Counted from the stretch's first letter, positions 40,351-50,590 are shown. The stretch: DNA of 64,000 bases from an uncultured Bacilli bacterium (GCA_934086315.1 CAKOHZ010000002.1:168464-232463); one strand, 5' to 3'. Notes: generated by a model from the letters alone, not told the origin. Made by a program: numbers and translations.

Positions 40351-41148
40351 CTAAAAGAAAGCAACAGCAAATGTAAATGCTAACATAGCAAATAATAAAC
40401 TATCTACTCTGTCTAATACTCCACCATGTCCTGGCATAATATTACCATAATCTTTAACACCATATTTTCTCTTAATTGATGAGAAAAATAAATCACCAAA
40501 TTGAGCCATAATTGACAAAAATAATGATATTAACACTATAGCTATTATATGTGCATCTATCTTAATAAATGTCATAAAGTAAATAACACCTATAAAAGTA
40601 CCAAAGAAAGTACCCCCAAGAGCTCCTTCAACAGTTTTATTAGGAGATATTTTTGGACATAATTTAATCTTACCTAATTTAGTACCAAAGAAATGAGCAA
40701 AAGTATCAGTCATAAATGTTACTAACATAATATAAATGAAATAATCTAAACTCATATTTCTAATAGTAATCAAGAAATTAAATGTAATTCCTAAAAAGAA
40801 TACTCCACCTAATATATAGAATGCATCATCAGCATCAAATTTCTTTTGATCTGGATATGACAATAATGGTAACAAACATAACAAAATTGATAATGTTAAA
40901 TATCTATAATCAATTTTAAACATATATGTATTATTAACAGCAGACATCATTAATATAACAAATGCAGCCATTGATAAACATTTAATAAGAATTGGAATTT
41001 TCTTATTCTTTTCACGAACTTGTAAAAATTCATTAAACCCAATTACTCCTATTATGCATGCTCCTATATAAAACCAATAACCACCTAAAATTAATAATGG
41101 TACTACAATAATTAAAGCTACTATAGCACTTATTACTCTCTTTTTCAT
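40351..41148 (-). CDS. cdsA: Phosphatidate cytidylyltransferase.
   Basis: CdsA C-terminal signature SSIKRKYGVKDYGNIMPGHGGVLDRVDS. The likely start is the internal ATG at 41148 with a GGTGA RBS. Confidence 0.85.
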   Translation of the reverse strand: MKKRVISAIVALIIVVPLLILGGYWFYIGACIIGVIGFNEFLQVREKNKKIPILIKCLSMAAFVILMMSAVNNTYMFKIDYRYLTLSILLCLLPLLSYPDQKKFDADDAFYILGGVFFLGITFNFLITIRNMSLDYFIYIMLVTFMTDTFAHFFGTKLGKIKLCPKISPNKTVEGALGGTFFGTFIGVIYFMTFIKIDAHIIAIVLISLFLSIMAQFGDLFFSSIKRKYGVKDYGNIMPGHGGVLDRVDSLLFAMLAFTFAVAFF

Positions 41149-41220
41149 ATACTTCACCATAACAATTATATCACGTAAAAAACACATAAACAAGAAAAAA
41201 GAGAAATTACAATTTGTAAT

Positions 41221-41940
41221 TTACTCTTCACATAATTTATTTACTGAATCTTCTTTATATACAAGTGTCGAATCTTTATATTTACCACACCATTCATCAT
41301 CTAGTTTTAATTTGAAATAATTTTTACCACAATTGCCATCACTATACCTAGTAAAATATTCTACTTTATCTCTTACTTCCATACAATACAATCTATCAGT
41401 ATATTCTTCTTCGTAATGCCAATCATATTTACCATCGACTTTTACAAATTCAGGGAAAATAACAACATAGTTTTTTTCATCAACCATTATTTCATTTCCC
41501 TTATTATCTAATTTCTTTTTATAAACTAATCTTCCATAATTAGAAGCAACATAAATAGCATCATTAACTTCTTTTTGATCTTTCATTGCTTCTACCATCT
41601 CACTTGTATATATACCATTTTTAGTGATTAACTCTAAATCCTCTTCTTTTATTTTAAGCCCAGAAGAATTAGTATAATATCCATCTACATATTCATAATT
41701 TTTAGGACATATCGCATCTGGGTCATCATAGCCACCTATTATTATTGATTTGCTATCTTTACAATACCAAACTTTGTAAAAAGGGGCACTATATACTATA
41801 AAATCTTTCTCTTCTTTCTTTAAAGAAAATTTAGGTACTTTATTATTAGTCTTGACAAGAAAATAATCTATATAAGCAAGCGCAGATAAAATCAAAAGTA
41901 ATGTAAAAACTATTATAAATATTTTCTTAATCAACTTCAT
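41221..41940 (-). CDS. Secreted cysteine-rich hypothetical protein.
   Basis: N-terminal signal/anchor and 8 Cys in the mature part. No recognisable motif. Confidence 0.35.
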   Translation of the reverse strand: MKLIKKIFIIVFTLLLILSALAYIDYFLVKTNNKVPKFSLKKEEKDFIVYSAPFYKVWYCKDSKSIIIGGYDDPDAICPKNYEYVDGYYTNSSGLKIKEEDLELITKNGIYTSEMVEAMKDQKEVNDAIYVASNYGRLVYKKKLDNKGNEIMVDEKNYVVIFPEFVKVDGKYDWHYEEEYTDRLYCMEVRDKVEYFTRYSDGNCGKNYFKLKLDDEWCGKYKDSTLVYKEDSVNKLCEE

Positions 41941-41961
41941 TTTAAAACTCCCTTACTTTAA

Positions 41962-42954
41962 TTAATCTTTAAGTGTTGCATACATAACTGCTTTGATAGT
42001 ATGCATTCTATTTTCTGCTTCATCAAATACTACAGAATGTTCACTTTCAAACACTTCATTAGTTACTTCCATTTCTGGAATACCAAATTTATTATAAATA
42101 TCTACTCCAATTGTAGTATTTTGATCATGGAAAGATGGTAATGCATGCATAAATATTGCATCTTTTTTAGCCATATTCATTTTCTTCATATCTACTTGAT
42201 ATGATTTTAATAAGCTAATTCTCTTTTTCCATATTTCATCAGGTTCACCCATAGATACCCACACATCTGTATATATTGCATCAGCATCTTTAAATGCTTC
42301 TTCTACGTCTTCTGTTTGAGTTATTGTACAACCATTCTTTTCAGCAATAACTTTTGCTTTTTGAATGATTGCTTCATCTCCCCATAACTCTTTAGGTCCA
42401 CAAGCGACAAAGTTAACTCCCATTTTAGCACTCATTACTAATAATGAATTTGCAACATTATTTCTTGTATCACCAACAAACACTAATTTTAGACCTTTTA
42501 AATGTCCAAAGTGTTCTTCCATAGTCATAAAGTCTGCTAATACTTGTGTTGGATGAAAAGTATCAGTTAAACCATTCCATACAGGTACTCCTGAATACTT
42601 AGCTAAATCATTAACTGATGCTTGTTTAAATCCTCTAAATTCAATACCATCATACATCCTACCAAGTACTCTTGCTGTATCAGCAATACTTTCTTTCTTA
42701 CCAAGCTGACTACCACTTGAATCTAAATATGTAGTATGCATACCTAAATCATAAGCAGCAACTTCAAATGAACATCTAGTTCTAGTACTAGTCTTTTCAA
42801 ATATTAATGCAATATTTTTACCTTTTAAATATTCATGACTTATATGATTATGTTTTTTTTCTTTAAAATCCTTTGCTAAATCTAATAAATATCTAATTTC
42901 TGTTTCTTTAAAATCAAATATCTTTAAGAAACATTTTCCTCTTAAATCAACCAT
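41962..42954 (-). CDS. arcB: Ornithine carbamoyltransferase (catabolic ArcB-type, by context).
   Basis: STRTRCSFE carbamoyl-phosphate binding motif, HALP and DVWVSMGE. It lies immediately downstream of arcA. Confidence 0.85.
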   Translation of the reverse strand: MVDLRGKCFLKIFDFKETEIRYLLDLAKDFKEKKHNHISHEYLKGKNIALIFEKTSTRTRCSFEVAAYDLGMHTTYLDSSGSQLGKKESIADTARVLGRMYDGIEFRGFKQASVNDLAKYSGVPVWNGLTDTFHPTQVLADFMTMEEHFGHLKGLKLVFVGDTRNNVANSLLVMSAKMGVNFVACGPKELWGDEAIIQKAKVIAEKNGCTITQTEDVEEAFKDADAIYTDVWVSMGEPDEIWKKRISLLKSYQVDMKKMNMAKKDAIFMHALPSFHDQNTTIGVDIYNKFGIPEMEVTNEVFESEHSVVFDEAENRMHTIKAVMYATLKD

Positions 42955-42957
42955 TTT

Positions 42958-44181
42958 TTAATCCTCTCTTTCTAGTGCCATACTCATGCAGTGAGGTCCA
43001 CCTCTACCACGAGATAACTCACTACTTGGTATTTCTATTATTTTTATACCAGCTTGTCTAAATACTTCATTACTTACATGATTTCTATCATACGCTATTG
43101 CTACTCCTGGTCTAATTGTAAGTAAGTTAGCTCCATCACTCCATTGTTCACGTTCTGCAGGAATTCTCTTTCCTCCACCACATTTAATAAGAGTAACTTT
43201 GTCAATGTGTAAATATTTTTCTAATAATTTATCAAGTGGCATATCAAGCTCTACTATATTTAAATCATCTTCTGTTTTTCCTTTAGATAATTCAAATACT
43301 TTAGTTACATGCATAACTTGACTATGAACAGCAAACTTATCTACATCTAATCTAGTCATAACTGTATCTAAATGCATAAAACTTCTTTCATCGGGAATAT
43401 CAAATGCTAAAACATATTTAAATTTATTACCTTTACTAGCAAATATATTTTTAGCAAGTAAATTTATCGCATCAGGTTCAGTTCTCTCAGAAATACCTAT
43501 TGCTATTACTTCATCACTTAATACTTGAATGTCTCCTCCTTCAATATGATAAGCATTATATCTATCATAATATCTAGGAGTATCTTTGTATTCTGGATGA
43601 TATTTAAATATGTATTCTGCAAATATTGTTTCTCTTTGACGAGTTACTGAATACATTCTATGAATACTTACTCCATCTCCAATTGAAGCAAATGGATCAC
43701 GAGGAGCATATAAATTAGGAAGCGGATCTAATATCATTTTTCCTATATCACGAGTAGCAAAGAATCCACTACTTGGTCTATATCCTTCTAAATCTTCACT
43801 ATCTATACCTGTTATACATTTCTTAATTAATTCACGATTATCTTTAAATTGATTTAAATATTTGAATACTAAATCAAATACTATTGGAGAAGTAACTCCT
43901 CCTTCTTTAATAAATTGTTTTAAAAATTTTTCTCTTACTTTAGGATGTGTATCTAATGCTTCAGCAGCTAAATCTACAAGATACACAACTTCAACCCCTT
44001 CAGCTCTAAGAGCACCAGCAAACACATCGTGTTCTTCTTGAGCTTTTTTCAAATATGGTATATCGTCAAATAAAAGTCTTTCTAAAGTATTAGGAGTCAA
44101 ATTCAAAAATTCATCTCCAGGTCTATGTAATAAAACTCTTTTTAGAGGCTTTATTTCACTATATACGTGTATACCTGACAT
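42958..44181 (-). CDS. arcA: Arginine deiminase.
   Basis: 407 aa. Amidinotransferase-superfamily fold with C-terminal catalytic Cys (GGPHCMSMAL). Confidence 0.88.
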   Translation of the reverse strand: MSGIHVYSEIKPLKRVLLHRPGDEFLNLTPNTLERLLFDDIPYLKKAQEEHDVFAGALRAEGVEVVYLVDLAAEALDTHPKVREKFLKQFIKEGGVTSPIVFDLVFKYLNQFKDNRELIKKCITGIDSEDLEGYRPSSGFFATRDIGKMILDPLPNLYAPRDPFASIGDGVSIHRMYSVTRQRETIFAEYIFKYHPEYKDTPRYYDRYNAYHIEGGDIQVLSDEVIAIGISERTEPDAINLLAKNIFASKGNKFKYVLAFDIPDERSFMHLDTVMTRLDVDKFAVHSQVMHVTKVFELSKGKTEDDLNIVELDMPLDKLLEKYLHIDKVTLIKCGGGKRIPAEREQWSDGANLLTIRPGVAIAYDRNHVSNEVFRQAGIKIIEIPSSELSRGRGGPHCMSMALERED

Positions 44182-44262
44182 ATATCTCTCCTTTCCATCT
44201 TTATCCTCATAATCATTATATCTTTAAATAAAAAAAAAGTAAATGTATTTTAAAATTTTCAC

Positions 44263-44970
44263 TTACTCTTTTCCTAAAAATTCTCTTACCTCGGGATTTT
44301 TACTATTTAGTATTTCCATCTTTGTTCCATATTCAAGAACTCCTCTATCTTTTAAGAATAATATCTTATCAGCATAGTTCTCTATTAAATCCATTTCATG
44401 ACTTACAACAACAACAGTAGTAGTCTTAGATAGTTCATCTAGTAATTCTAATAAATCATTTACAGCACCTGGATCCAATGCACTTGTAGGTTCGTCAAAT
44501 AAAATAACTTCTGGCTTAGTAGCAAGTGCTCTTGCAATAGCAACTCTTTGTTTTTCACCACCACTTAATCTTTTAGGATAACTATTTATTTTATCAAGAA
44601 TATGTACTTGATTTAAAAGTTCACGTACACGTTTATTTATTTCTTCCTTACTCCCAATTTTTAATAATCTAGGAGCAAGCGCTATATTTTCACCAACAGT
44701 TAAATGGGGAAATAAATTAAAATTTTGAAAAACCATTCCAACTTTACTCTTTAAAGTTACATCATCTATATCTTCAATATTAACACCATTTAAACTTATT
44801 TTACCTTGATTAATATCTTCAAATCCATTTAAACACCTAATAAGTGTTGTCTTACCACATCCAGATGGACCAATAATCAATAACTTTTCATTATCTAATA
44901 TTTCAAAACTAACATTTTTCCATATATATTTTTTATCAAACTTTTTACCAACATTTTCTATCTTAATCAA
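44263..44970 (-). CDS. Polar amino-acid ABC transporter, ATP-binding protein.
   Basis: Walker A GPSGCGKTT, signature LSGGEKQRVAIARAL and Walker B ILFDEPTSALD. Confidence 0.85.
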   Translation of the reverse strand: MIKIENVGKKFDKKYIWKNVSFEILDNEKLLIIGPSGCGKTTLIRCLNGFEDINQGKISLNGVNIEDIDDVTLKSKVGMVFQNFNLFPHLTVGENIALAPRLLKIGSKEEINKRVRELLNQVHILDKINSYPKRLSGGEKQRVAIARALATKPEVILFDEPTSALDPGAVNDLLELLDELSKTTTVVVVSHEMDLIENYADKILFLKDRGVLEYGTKMEILNSKNPEVREFLGKE

Positions 44971-45662
44971 GCTACATCCAACTTCCTTTCTATCTTCTTC
45001 ATAAGTTTACTAAGAAGTCCTGTTATCATTAAATATATAATAGCAATCATTATTAAAGGAAAGAAATAATCATAAGTATTAGATGCTATTATATCAGATG
45101 CTTTTGTTAAATCAGTAATTCCAATATAACCTGCAATCGCAGTCTCTTTTACAAGAGTTATAAATTCATTACCCATAGATGCTAAACTATTTTTTATAGC
45201 TTGAGGTATTATTATATATACTAAAGTTTGTCTAAAACTAAGTCCTAAAGCAAGACCTCCTTCTACTTGACCATCATCTATACTATCAAAACCACTTCTA
45301 AGTATTTCAGAACAATATGCTCCTGAATTAATTCCAAACGCTAACATACCAACAATTACAGGATTTAAACTTGAAGTCTTAAATATTATATAGTACATAA
45401 TCATTAATTGTAAAACACTAGGCGTACCTCTTATAACAGCTACATAAAGTTTTCCAATAGCTGTAAGTAACTTAAATTTTTTAGTATGTTTATTAGTATA
45501 TCTTATAATAGATATTAAAGCTCCAATAAATATTCCAATAGCTAAAGCACCTAAAGATATAATAATAGTATTTTTAAGTCCTTCAAGTATTAATTGATAT
45601 CTATTATCATATATAACAGTTTTATAAAAATCATTATAAATATTATTTAAAAAATCACTCAT
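44967..45662 (-). CDS. Polar amino-acid ABC transporter permease (HisM/GlnP-like).
   Basis: Five TM helices, with an EAA-like loop. It is coupled to the ATPase by a 4-nt overlap. Confidence 0.8.
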   Translation of the reverse strand: MSDFLNNIYNDFYKTVIYDNRYQLILEGLKNTIIISLGALAIGIFIGALISIIRYTNKHTKKFKLLTAIGKLYVAVIRGTPSVLQLMIMYYIIFKTSSLNPVIVGMLAFGINSGAYCSEILRSGFDSIDDGQVEGGLALGLSFRQTLVYIIIPQAIKNSLASMGNEFITLVKETAIAGYIGITDLTKASDIIASNTYDYFFPLIMIAIIYLMITGLLSKLMKKIERKLDVA

Positions 45663-45668
45663 AACACA

Positions 45669-46397
45669 CTAAGAAGAATGATTAATAACATACTCTTCTA
45701 TTTTTCCTTCCTCTATTAATCTTTCTAAAACTTCATTAATTTTATTTAATAATTCAGTATTACCTTTTTTAACAGCAATCGCATATTTATCAGTAAATAA
45801 ATCTATACTTAATATAGTAAGTTCACTATTATTTTTAACTAATTCTTTTGCTGGTAATTCATCCATTACAATACAATCTGCTTTACTTGCCTTAACATCT
45901 TCAGCAGCACTTAAAAATTTCTTTTGACGAACTATTTTAGCATCTTTAAATTCTTTGCTAACATAACTATCCGCAACACTACCAAGTTGAACAGTAATAG
46001 TTTTATTTTTTAAATCATTAACACTTTTAATAGAATTATACCCTTTTTTAACAACAATCACTTGTTTACTAGAAACATATTCTATAGAAAAATCTACTTC
46101 TTTTTTTCTCTCTTCAGTTATACTCATACCTGCAGCTGCAAAATCCGCTTTACCGGAATTAAGTTCATTAATAATTGAATCAAATGCTACATCTTTAATT
46201 TCTAATTCTTTTCCCATTGATGCAGCAATTTCACGGGCAATGTCAACATCTACACCAATAATTCCGCTACTATCTCGATATTCATATGGAGCAAATCCAG
46301 CCTCAGTAACCATAACTAATTTATTATCATCTTTACCACATCCAAATAATAAAAATGATACTCCAAAAACAACTAACAATTTAAATATTTTTTTCAT
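45669..46397 (-). CDS. Polar amino-acid ABC transporter substrate-binding lipoprotein.
   Basis: Start at internal ATG 46397 (TAGGAGAA RBS) giving MKKIFKLLVVFGVSFLLFGC, a lipobox. This is followed by a type-3 SBP fold (GVDVDIAREIA...). Confidence 0.8.
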   Translation of the reverse strand: MKKIFKLLVVFGVSFLLFGCGKDDNKLVMVTEAGFAPYEYRDSSGIIGVDVDIAREIAASMGKELEIKDVAFDSIINELNSGKADFAAAGMSITEERKKEVDFSIEYVSSKQVIVVKKGYNSIKSVNDLKNKTITVQLGSVADSYVSKEFKDAKIVRQKKFLSAAEDVKASKADCIVMDELPAKELVKNNSELTILSIDLFTDKYAIAVKKGNTELLNKINEVLERLIEEGKIEEYVINHSS

Positions 46398-46484
46398 ACA
46401 TCTTCTCCTATAATAAATTATAACATTAATCGTTAAAAACAAAAAGAAAAAATTTAACAAAATAAAAGATACTTACGTATCTAT

Positions 46485-48251
46485 TTATTTAACAGTGAAT
46501 TTTAATGTATCAGGTATGCCAGTTAAACTACTATCATTAAATTTATCTGCTATAACTTGATCTTTAGCATATCCAACTGTAGCTTGAACATCGCCAAACA
46601 TGCTGTCTACATTTGAAACATTGCTAATATCAAAACTACTTAAATCAAGGCTTGTCGCCTTACTATTTGCAAACATCCATCTCATATCAGTTACATTACT
46701 TGTATTAAAACTACTCAAATCTAGTGAAGTAGCAGCAGCCCCATTAAACATAAACCCCATATTAGTTACTTTACTTGTATCAAAATTTTTTAAATCTAAT
46801 GACACTAATTTTGAATTTTGGAACATATTACTCATATTAGTTACATTTGAAGTATTAAACTTATCTAAACCTTTTATAACCGTAGCCCCAGAATCTCCAA
46901 ACATAATTGACATAGTTGTTACTTTACTTGTATCAAAACTACTTAAATCAAGCGTAGCAGCAGAACTATTATAAAACATATTACTCATATTTGTAACTTT
47001 ACTTGTATTAAAACTGCTTAAATTTATAGTTTCTGCTTGACTATTGGCAAACATACTATACATATTAGTAACATTACTAGTATCAAAATTTCTAAGATCT
47101 AAACTCTTAATATTTGTAGAGTGAAACATATAACTCATCGTAGTTACTTTAGATGTGTTAAAATTACTAACATTCAACTCTTTTATTTTTGTATAACTAA
47201 ACATACCATTCATCGCAGTAACATTGCTTGTATTAAATTTGCTAACATCTATAGAATCAACAGATGAACGTAAAAACATATAAGCCATATTAGTAACCTT
47301 ACTAGTATCAAAACTACTTAAATCAAGTGTAGATACAGAACTTTCATAAAACATTCCGCCCATATTAGTTACATTTCTAGTATCAAAATTATTTAAACCA
47401 ACTATTGTTGTAGCTTTAGAGCTTTCAAACATTATACCCATATTATTTACTTTACTTGTATTGAAATTACTTACATCTAATGTTTGAAATTGACTATAAG
47501 AAAACATAGCATTCATATCAACAACATTACTTGTATTGAGACTAGTCAAATCAACACTTTTTGCATTAGCTTTATAAAACATTGATCTAGTTGAAACCAA
47601 TGGCTTTCCATTTATATACGTACACACCTTACTAGTAACAGGTTCTGTACTATCTTTATCAGTTAATGTAACGCCCCAACCTTCAGATGATATATTTCGC
47701 CATTCAATATAAGCTGAATTATTAGCGTTTTCAGCAGATTGCATATATCTATAAGTATATTGGCCATTTACATACTCTGCACCTTGTTTTAATTCTCCAT
47801 CAAATGTACAATTCAATGGTTCTGGAATTGTTGGCGTATTATTACTACAATTATATTCATCTAAATTTCCATCAGTTAAATCATCTGTTGTTAAATCTTC
47901 TATTTGCTTATTTCCATCTAAACTCGCAATCCATTGTCCATTAGAGACTTTCATACTTTTAACATTGCCACTATTATCTAAAATAATGCAGTACTGTAAC
48001 TTTTTACCAGTCATATCTAGTTTAGATTCATCTTCAGAGTTTATTACTTTTACTGGAGATCCACTAATTGAAGAAGTTACAAACTTTTTACCAGCCTCTG
48101 TATATATTTTCTTTGCTTCTGTTATAAATGTTTGTTTTCTAGCTTGATTATATGTATTAATAATATTTGGTAATGCTAGAATTACCAAGATTGCTAGAAT
48201 TGCTATAACGGCTAATAATTCTATTAATGTAAACCCTTTTTTATTTTTCAT
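46485..48251 (-). CDS. Type IV pilin-like protein with a prepilin leader, fused to a large C-terminal DUF285/BspA-like leucine-rich repeat domain.
   Basis: Start at ATG 48251 (AGGTGA RBS) gives MKNKKG|FTLIELLAVIAILAILVILALP, a class III signal with G-1, F+1 and E+5. The C-terminal half has about 13 tandem 22-aa repeats of the form (L/V)DLSSF(D/N)TS(K/N)VT(N/T)M..MF. Confidence 0.65.
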   Translation of the reverse strand: MKNKKGFTLIELLAVIAILAILVILALPNIINTYNQARKQTFITEAKKIYTEAGKKFVTSSISGSPVKVINSEDESKLDMTGKKLQYCIILDNSGNVKSMKVSNGQWIASLDGNKQIEDLTTDDLTDGNLDEYNCSNNTPTIPEPLNCTFDGELKQGAEYVNGQYTYRYMQSAENANNSAYIEWRNISSEGWGVTLTDKDSTEPVTSKVCTYINGKPLVSTRSMFYKANAKSVDLTSLNTSNVVDMNAMFSYSQFQTLDVSNFNTSKVNNMGIMFESSKATTIVGLNNFDTRNVTNMGGMFYESSVSTLDLSSFDTSKVTNMAYMFLRSSVDSIDVSKFNTSNVTAMNGMFSYTKIKELNVSNFNTSKVTTMSYMFHSTNIKSLDLRNFDTSNVTNMYSMFANSQAETINLSSFNTSKVTNMSNMFYNSSAATLDLSSFDTSKVTTMSIMFGDSGATVIKGLDKFNTSNVTNMSNMFQNSKLVSLDLKNFDTSKVTNMGFMFNGAAATSLDLSSFNTSNVTDMRWMFANSKATSLDLSSFDISNVSNVDSMFGDVQATVGYAKDQVIADKFNDSSLTGIPDTLKFTVK

Positions 48252-48260
48252 ACACTTCAC
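47930..48260 (-). repeat. Segmental duplication, 5' part of pilin-like gene 1 (partner 49520..49850).
   Basis: By eye there are long near-identical stretches, for example ...cagtactgtaactttttaccagtcatat... against ...cagtattgtaactttctccctgtcatat..., and gtttgttttctagcttgatta is shared exactly. Confidence 0.6.
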
Positions 48261-48285
48261 CTATTCTAATTATAACATAATAATT

Positions 48286-48318
48286 TTCAGATTCAATTAA
48301 AAAGGTATTGATTACTCA
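48286..48318 (-). terminator. Rho-independent terminator between the two pilin-like genes.
   Basis: aaaggtattga/tcaataccttt (11 bp stem), followed on the minus strand by TTTTTAATTG. Confidence 0.5.
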
Positions 48319-48329
48319 ATACCTTTACT

Positions 48330-49841
48330 TTATTGTTTTAATGTGAAATATCCAGGATTTGAAGTTCCTCCATCTATACGTGCATAAGATGCATCTACAT
48401 TATTACTATCATACACTGTACCTGCACCACCTACTAATTTTGTAGAATTGTAAAATACATAGTTTTTGCGTTCTTCTTCATTAAGACTACTCGTAACAAA
48501 CTTATTACTAACATAGATAGTTGTAAGATTATCATTACCTACAAACATAGCACCCATGCCTGTTACCTTACTAGTATCAAAACTACTTAAATCTATAATT
48601 TTAAGCTTTGTGCCACGAAACATGTTTGTCATATTAGTAACATTAGATGTATTAAATTTGTCTAATCCAGTTATTGTAGTAAGATTACTAGCAAAGAACA
48701 TACCAGACATGCTTGTTACTTTTGAAGTATCAAATGCACTTAAATCTAAAGTGGTTACATTAGTGCCTGAAAACATTGCACCCATGTCAGTCACATTTGT
48801 TGTTTTGAATTTATTTAAACCTGTAATTATTGTTGCTTTGCTTCCATTAAACATTTCACTCATATTTGTTACTCTACTTGTATTCAAATTACTTACATCT
48901 ATTGTTGTTGCGTTTGTCCCCATAAACATTGCTTGCATGTTTGTAACTTTACTTGTATCAAAACCACTTAAATCTATTGATGCTAATGAACTACCTAAAA
49001 ACATTGCAAGCATATTAGTAACTTTACTTGTATTCAAATTACTTATATTTAAATTATTTCCCTTAGTACCACTAAATGTAAATTCCATATTTGTGACATT
49101 ACTTGTATTAGAATTACTTAAATCAATACTTGATGCATTACTTTTGCTAAATGCATAACTCATAGAAACAACTGGTTTATTATTTATTGTTGTACACAAA
49201 ACACTAGTTACTGCATCTGTACTATCTTTATCAGTAAGTTTTACTCCCCAACCATCAGTAGATATATTAACCCATTCTAGAGGTTTGATTGTAAATTTAT
49301 CAGTTAAATCATCTTGTTCTTGCATATACCTATAAGTATATTGTCCATTTACATACTCTGCACCTTGAATAAGCTCTCCATCAAATGTACAATTTAATGG
49401 TTTTGGAGTATTAGACTGTTGTCCTCCATTATTAGTACAATTATAACCATCAAGATTTCCTTCTTCTAAATCATCAATAGTTAAATCTTCAACAGCTTTA
49501 CCATCAACTAAACTTGCAACCCACTCACCATTAGAAACTTTCATACTTGTTACATTACCACCATTATCTAATATAATACAGTATTGTAACTTTCTCCCTG
49601 TCATATTTAATTTAGAATCATCTTCCGAATTAATGACTTTTACTGGTTTACCACTAATTGAAGAAGATACAAATTTTTTCCCAGCTTCTGTATAAATCTT
49701 TTTTGCCTCTGTTACAAATGTTTGTTTTCTAGCTTGATTAAACATATTAATTACATTTGGTAACGCTAGAATTACCAAAATTGCTAATATTGCTATTACT
49801 GCTAATAACTCTACTAACGTAAAACCATTTCTATTTCTCAT
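48330..49841 (-). CDS. Type IV pilin-like protein with a prepilin leader, fused to a DUF285/BspA-like repeat domain (tandem paralog).
   Basis: MRNRNG|FTLVELLAVIAILAILVILALP. The N-terminal roughly 210 aa are about 85-90% identical at nucleotide level to the neighbour, and the repeats (I/L)DLS.(F/L)(D/N)TS(K/R)VT(N/S)M follow. Confidence 0.65.
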   Translation of the reverse strand: MRNRNGFTLVELLAVIAILAILVILALPNVINMFNQARKQTFVTEAKKIYTEAGKKFVSSSISGKPVKVINSEDDSKLNMTGRKLQYCIILDNGGNVTSMKVSNGEWVASLVDGKAVEDLTIDDLEEGNLDGYNCTNNGGQQSNTPKPLNCTFDGELIQGAEYVNGQYTYRYMQEQDDLTDKFTIKPLEWVNISTDGWGVKLTDKDSTDAVTSVLCTTINNKPVVSMSYAFSKSNASSIDLSNSNTSNVTNMEFTFSGTKGNNLNISNLNTSKVTNMLAMFLGSSLASIDLSGFDTSKVTNMQAMFMGTNATTIDVSNLNTSRVTNMSEMFNGSKATIITGLNKFKTTNVTDMGAMFSGTNVTTLDLSAFDTSKVTSMSGMFFASNLTTITGLDKFNTSNVTNMTNMFRGTKLKIIDLSSFDTSKVTGMGAMFVGNDNLTTIYVSNKFVTSSLNEEERKNYVFYNSTKLVGGAGTVYDSNNVDASYARIDGGTSNPGYFTLKQ

Positions 49842-49850
49842 ACACTTCAC
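49520..49850 (-). repeat. Segmental duplication, 5' part of pilin-like gene 2 (partner 47930..48260).
   Basis: See the partner entry. The shared leader and RBS (tacacttcacctatt) are also duplicated. Confidence 0.6.
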
Positions 49851-49941
49851 CTATTGTAATTATAGCATATATAAAATGTAAGTAAATAAATAAAATTTGA
49901 TTAATAATTAAAAATGATTTATAATGTTTTTGGTGAAGATG

Positions 49942-50577
49942 ATGAAAAAATTATTTTTAATAACACTACTTATATTTAATGTATGTAATGTTAAAGCTTA
50001 TGAAAATGAATATTTTAAGATTGATATACCAGAAAATTATAAAGAAGAAATCATGGAAAATGGTACATATAAATGGACAGATACAAAATCAAAAAATAAT
50101 GATAATATTATTATTACAATAAGTAAAAATGATTCTGAAAATAAATATAATATTGAAAAATACACCGATGAAAATATAAATGAATATAAAAAATATTTAG
50201 AAGATGAAATTAACAAACAACTTGAAGAATATAATTTAAAAGTAGAAGTTAAAAATATCAAAAAAGAAACTTTAAACAATATACCTACTATCAGTTATGA
50301 TGTAATTTGGCCTACCAAAGAATCAACTGGATACGATATTAGTCAAAAAGGATATGCATTCACTACTGAAAACTATATTTATGTTTACACTTTTAGTAGT
50401 GACTCAGACTTAACAAACAATGAAACATTAAAAAGTACTATTTCAAGTTTTGAAATACTAGATAAAACTATCGAAGAAAAAGGAATATTAAATAACAAAT
50501 TATTGTTTTCTCTTATAGTAGGAGCTAGTATTGGTCTTATAGGTTTTATCATTTCCATAGCAATTAAAAAACACTAA
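49942..50577 (+). CDS. Secreted hypothetical protein with N-terminal signal peptide and C-terminal TM anchor.
   Basis: MKKLFLITLLIFNVCNVKAYE... signal, and a C-terminal LLFSLIVGASIGLIGFIISIAIKKH. It is the only + strand gene in this region. Confidence 0.4.
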   Translation: MKKLFLITLLIFNVCNVKAYENEYFKIDIPENYKEEIMENGTYKWTDTKSKNNDNIIITISKNDSENKYNIEKYTDENINEYKKYLEDEINKQLEEYNLKVEVKNIKKETLNNIPTISYDVIWPTKESTGYDISQKGYAFTTENYIYVYTFSSDSDLTNNETLKSTISSFEILDKTIEEKGILNNKLLFSLIVGASIGLIGFIISIAIKKH

Positions 50578-50590
50578 AAAGTGTTTTTTA
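50562..50590. terminator. Bidirectional terminator between convergent genes.
   Basis: aaaaacact-aaaa-agtgttttt (9 bp stem), followed by T-rich sequence. Confidence 0.5.

Noticed and set aside
46800-49200. Regular spacing of about 66 nt of near-identical short sequences within the pilin-like genes. This superficially resembles a repeat-spacer array.
   Set aside because: The periodicity is in-frame and encodes the 22-aa DUF285/BspA leucine-rich repeat. The 'spacers' are the variable repeat positions. No leader or cas genes are present, so this is not a CRISPR array.
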